Source of the DNA: an uncultured Planctomycetaceae bacterium
GTDB taxonomy: Bacteria; Planctomycetota; Planctomycetia; Planctomycetales; Planctomycetaceae
DNA length: 64,000 nt
Direction of reading: 5' to 3'
Assembly (NCBI GenBank): GCA_963815195.1
Contig: CAWFGE010000014.1
Location: 64,001 to 128,000, forward strand
A program made the translations under genes and the position numbers. How positions within the stretch are numbered: position 1 is the stretch's first letter; every line of letters begins with the position of its first letter. The notes below the pieces were generated by a model. It was not told where the DNA came from and did no database searches. It saw only the letters and a list, made by a program, of their open reading frames with translations. Positions 61,357 to 64,000 of the stretch are shown here, one piece after another.

Positions 61357-63425
61357 ATGACGACCGCCACCGAGTACGCGCTACGCGTCCTGAACTTGCT
61401 TCAAATCACATCTGGCACCTTCGAATCTCCAGAACTCGACGAAAAGCGCCAGAATAATGCGGCCAACACCATGATTGCGATTGTGTTAAGCCGGTTGTCT
61501 TCAAATCAGGCCGTGCCGAAACATCTGAAGCACACCCGATACCAGTGGGCCGATGGGGTCATTTCGATAAGAAACACCCGCATTGGAGACCACCATTGGT
61601 CGAACATCAGTAAGAAAACATTAGACGAGTTAAGGCAGTTGGCCGAGAAGGAACCCTTGCTCCAGTTGTTCACATTTTTCGATGTCGATAACAAACGGCT
61701 TCATGTTTGGAGCGTTCCCGAATCAGTCGCCCGTGAGTCGCTGCTGGAGTTGGAGCCCGGCAAAAGCGGTTTACGAAACATTGAAATCTATCCGGGCACG
61801 CACCGGTTCCATAAGGTTCCGGATTCGTACGACCTTTCGCCGTATTATTGTTCGACTCAGCTTACAGACCCAGAATCAAACTGCTTGGCCGAGGCCATTA
61901 AATTGGATCTCGTTGCAAAAGAACAACAGCCCACTTCGGTCGTCCTCTCGATCGACGAAGATGAAGGGACGGAAGCCGAAGCCACGGGGATTGCCTACAC
62001 GAGTTCCACCATCGATTTCCTTCTCGAACTTCCACAGCACGCCACTGATTCGAAGTGGCACAAAGAGAACAAGCGGCGCTATGAGAAGGTGCTCAGAGAG
62101 CCTACCCGCAATTTGGTCGAGGAACTGCGGGATCGTTACATACAAGCGCTAAGCCAAGAGGTCGCAGCAGCAGGAAACCATTTATCGATCTTAAAAAAGA
62201 ATGATTACGGCCAAGGCGGATACCATGACCATTTTTGGTTCGCATTTTACGATCCAGAGGCGGGGAGCAAGATCAAAAGTTGCCAGCTCTTTTTCCGCAT
62301 GTTCGGTGGCGAACAGGTTTGGCGATATGGGTTTTCTATGGGAAACCTCTGCGAGGCCTACATCGCTCGACTAAAGAATGCGATTCAAACGAATCGAGAA
62401 GCCGTTGTGAGGTATGTACGGTCCGCGCCCGAAAATACGATTTTTCGCGAGCATGGGGATAAGAACGACTGGGACTACTCCCGCGAGGAATTTGCAGAGG
62501 CCCTTTCACGGCCACTCACGGACGAGCCACATCCCCTGGATTCCTCGTCGACTTGGTTCAGCGTCATTTGCGAATTCCCACTGGACGAGCTTGTCGACCA
62601 TGCAGAGGAAATCGTCGACGAGGTTGGCCAGTTTTTTGACTGGGTCTGGCCGTTTTTTAAGTCCAGTATCGATGGTCAATGGCCGGTTTCCAAAGGATCG
62701 GAATCGACTGGAAGCGATGTCGAGGTCGACGAAGACTCACCCGAGACCCTTGAGGAGCTCCACGAGCTTTCCTCGTTGCCCATCGACTTTTTAGCAAACT
62801 TGGAAAACGCACTCCTCACGAAGCAGCAGGTTGTGTTAACGGGTCCACCCGGAACCAGCAAAACGTATATCGCCGACCTGTTTGGGCGGTATTTTTCACG
62901 TCAACGGACGGGTCAATCCCAAGGCAAATCCGGAACGTTGTATATGCATGCGAACTGGTCCTACGAAGATTTCTTCGAGGGGCTCAAACCGTCCTCGCAT
63001 AGTGGGTCCCTGGTGTTTGAGTCGAAGAAAGGATTTTTCCTGGAGTGGGTGGTGGGGCTCCGCGAATACGATCCGTCGGCCAGACATGTATTGATTCTCG
63101 ATGAGATCAATCGATGCGACACGGCAGCGGTTCTGGGTGAATTGCTTCAGCTGTTGGAATATCGCGGGCGGCAGGTGCCGCTTCTGTCGGGGTCCAAGTT
63201 TATTTTCCCGAGGAACCTCTACATCATCGGGACGATGAATAGCGCGGACCGATCAATTGGGCGCATGGATTTGGCGTTACGGCGGCGGTTCTTGTGGATA
63301 GAGCTTCTTCCCCGTCCCGATGTGCTTCAAAAATGGCTCGATCGACGGGGGAATAACCCCGTGGGATTCTCTGCGGACTCTCTGCGCCAATGCAACCTGA
63401 TTCTTGAAGAAATGGGCATACCCCC
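61357..63425 (+). CDS. McrB-like AAA+ GTPase (DUF2461-like middle domain), truncated by IS21
   Basis: GPPGTSKT, HANWSYEDFFEG, LILDEINR, IIGTMNSADRSI..DLALRRRF. Confidence 0.85.
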
Positions 63426-64000
63426 TGTTCGGCGACGATTGGTTTTCCACTTTAGCGGCGATTAGAATTTCTGCCGAGTCGGTGAATTAAGGCTCCGAAA
63501 GTGCCTGTGAGTCTTTGCCAGATTTGGCTTCTTTTGCCGTTTCCACGCGGTAGCTGGGGACGTTCAATTCCAGGATTACGCTGTGGTGGACTAGGCGGTC
63601 GATGGCCGCGGCGGTCGTCATCGCGTCCTTGAAGATTTGGTCCCACTTGCTGAAGGCCAGGTTGCTCGTCAAGAGCACGCTGCCGCGTTCGTAGCGTTCG
63701 GCCAACAGCGTAAACAGCACTTCCATCTCCTCGCGACTTTGCTGCACATAGCCCAAGTCGTCGATGATCAAGCCCTCGAAACTCTCCAGTTGTTTGATCA
63801 GTTTGGGCAACCGCAAATCGCGTTTGGCAATTAGCAGTTGTTGCACCAACAGGCTGCACGTCGTGAACAGCAAGCTGCGGCCTTTTTGAATGAGTTGCTC
63901 CGAGAGACCGCACAAAGCGTGACTTTTTCCAGAGCCCGGCCTCCCAAAAATCAGCAAGTTTTCGCGGCGATCCAAGAAGGTTCCGTCGCGGAGCGTTTCC
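63426..64000 (-). mobile_element. istB: Second, diverged IS21 copy (3' part of istB, continues beyond window)
   Basis: TGTTCGGCGACGATTGGTTTTCC end; IstB nearly identical in protein to 43967-44836. Confidence 0.92.

Noticed and set aside
1..64000. tRNA or rRNA genes
   Set aside because: None recognised by eye.

Overview
GC-rich bacterial DNA, very probably from a planctomycete (LEPR-XLL-type 'RLEDRTLLS' signal, planctomycete-type prophage genes). Many single-base frameshifts suggest long-read indel errors. Left part (1-16.3 kb): an integrase fragment; a ~2,000-aa FG-GAP/PKD/cadherin surface protein followed by an ankyrin-WD40 lipoprotein; a glycosyltransferase broken by a DDE transposon; three cassette-like ORFans. 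Centre (16.9-41.6 kb): a complete type III-D-like CRISPR-Cas island. It has an HD-less GGDD Cas10, several Cas7/Csx10/Cas11/Csx19 subunits, an APE2256-type CARF protein, cas6, cas2-cas1-RT and a 50-repeat array. It also carries a four-gene module: ECF sigma factor, unknown gene, putative anti-sigma, and a Lon protease fused to CARF. An ECF-type promoter motif, TGTC(A/C)CT(C/T)-N15-CGTA, lies upstream of cas10, cas6, cas2-cas1-RT and three accessory genes after the array (LemA-like, tandem cold-shock, possible HORMA-cold-shock). This suggests a cOA-triggered proteolytic transcription circuit with an identifiable regulon. Right part (41.7-64 kb): a GT2/sulfotransferase gene, IS21 copies, a decayed prophage-like element (prim-pol with palindromic origin, intein-containing ParB-MTase, amidoligase, terminase, serine recombinase) and an IS-truncated McrB-like gene.
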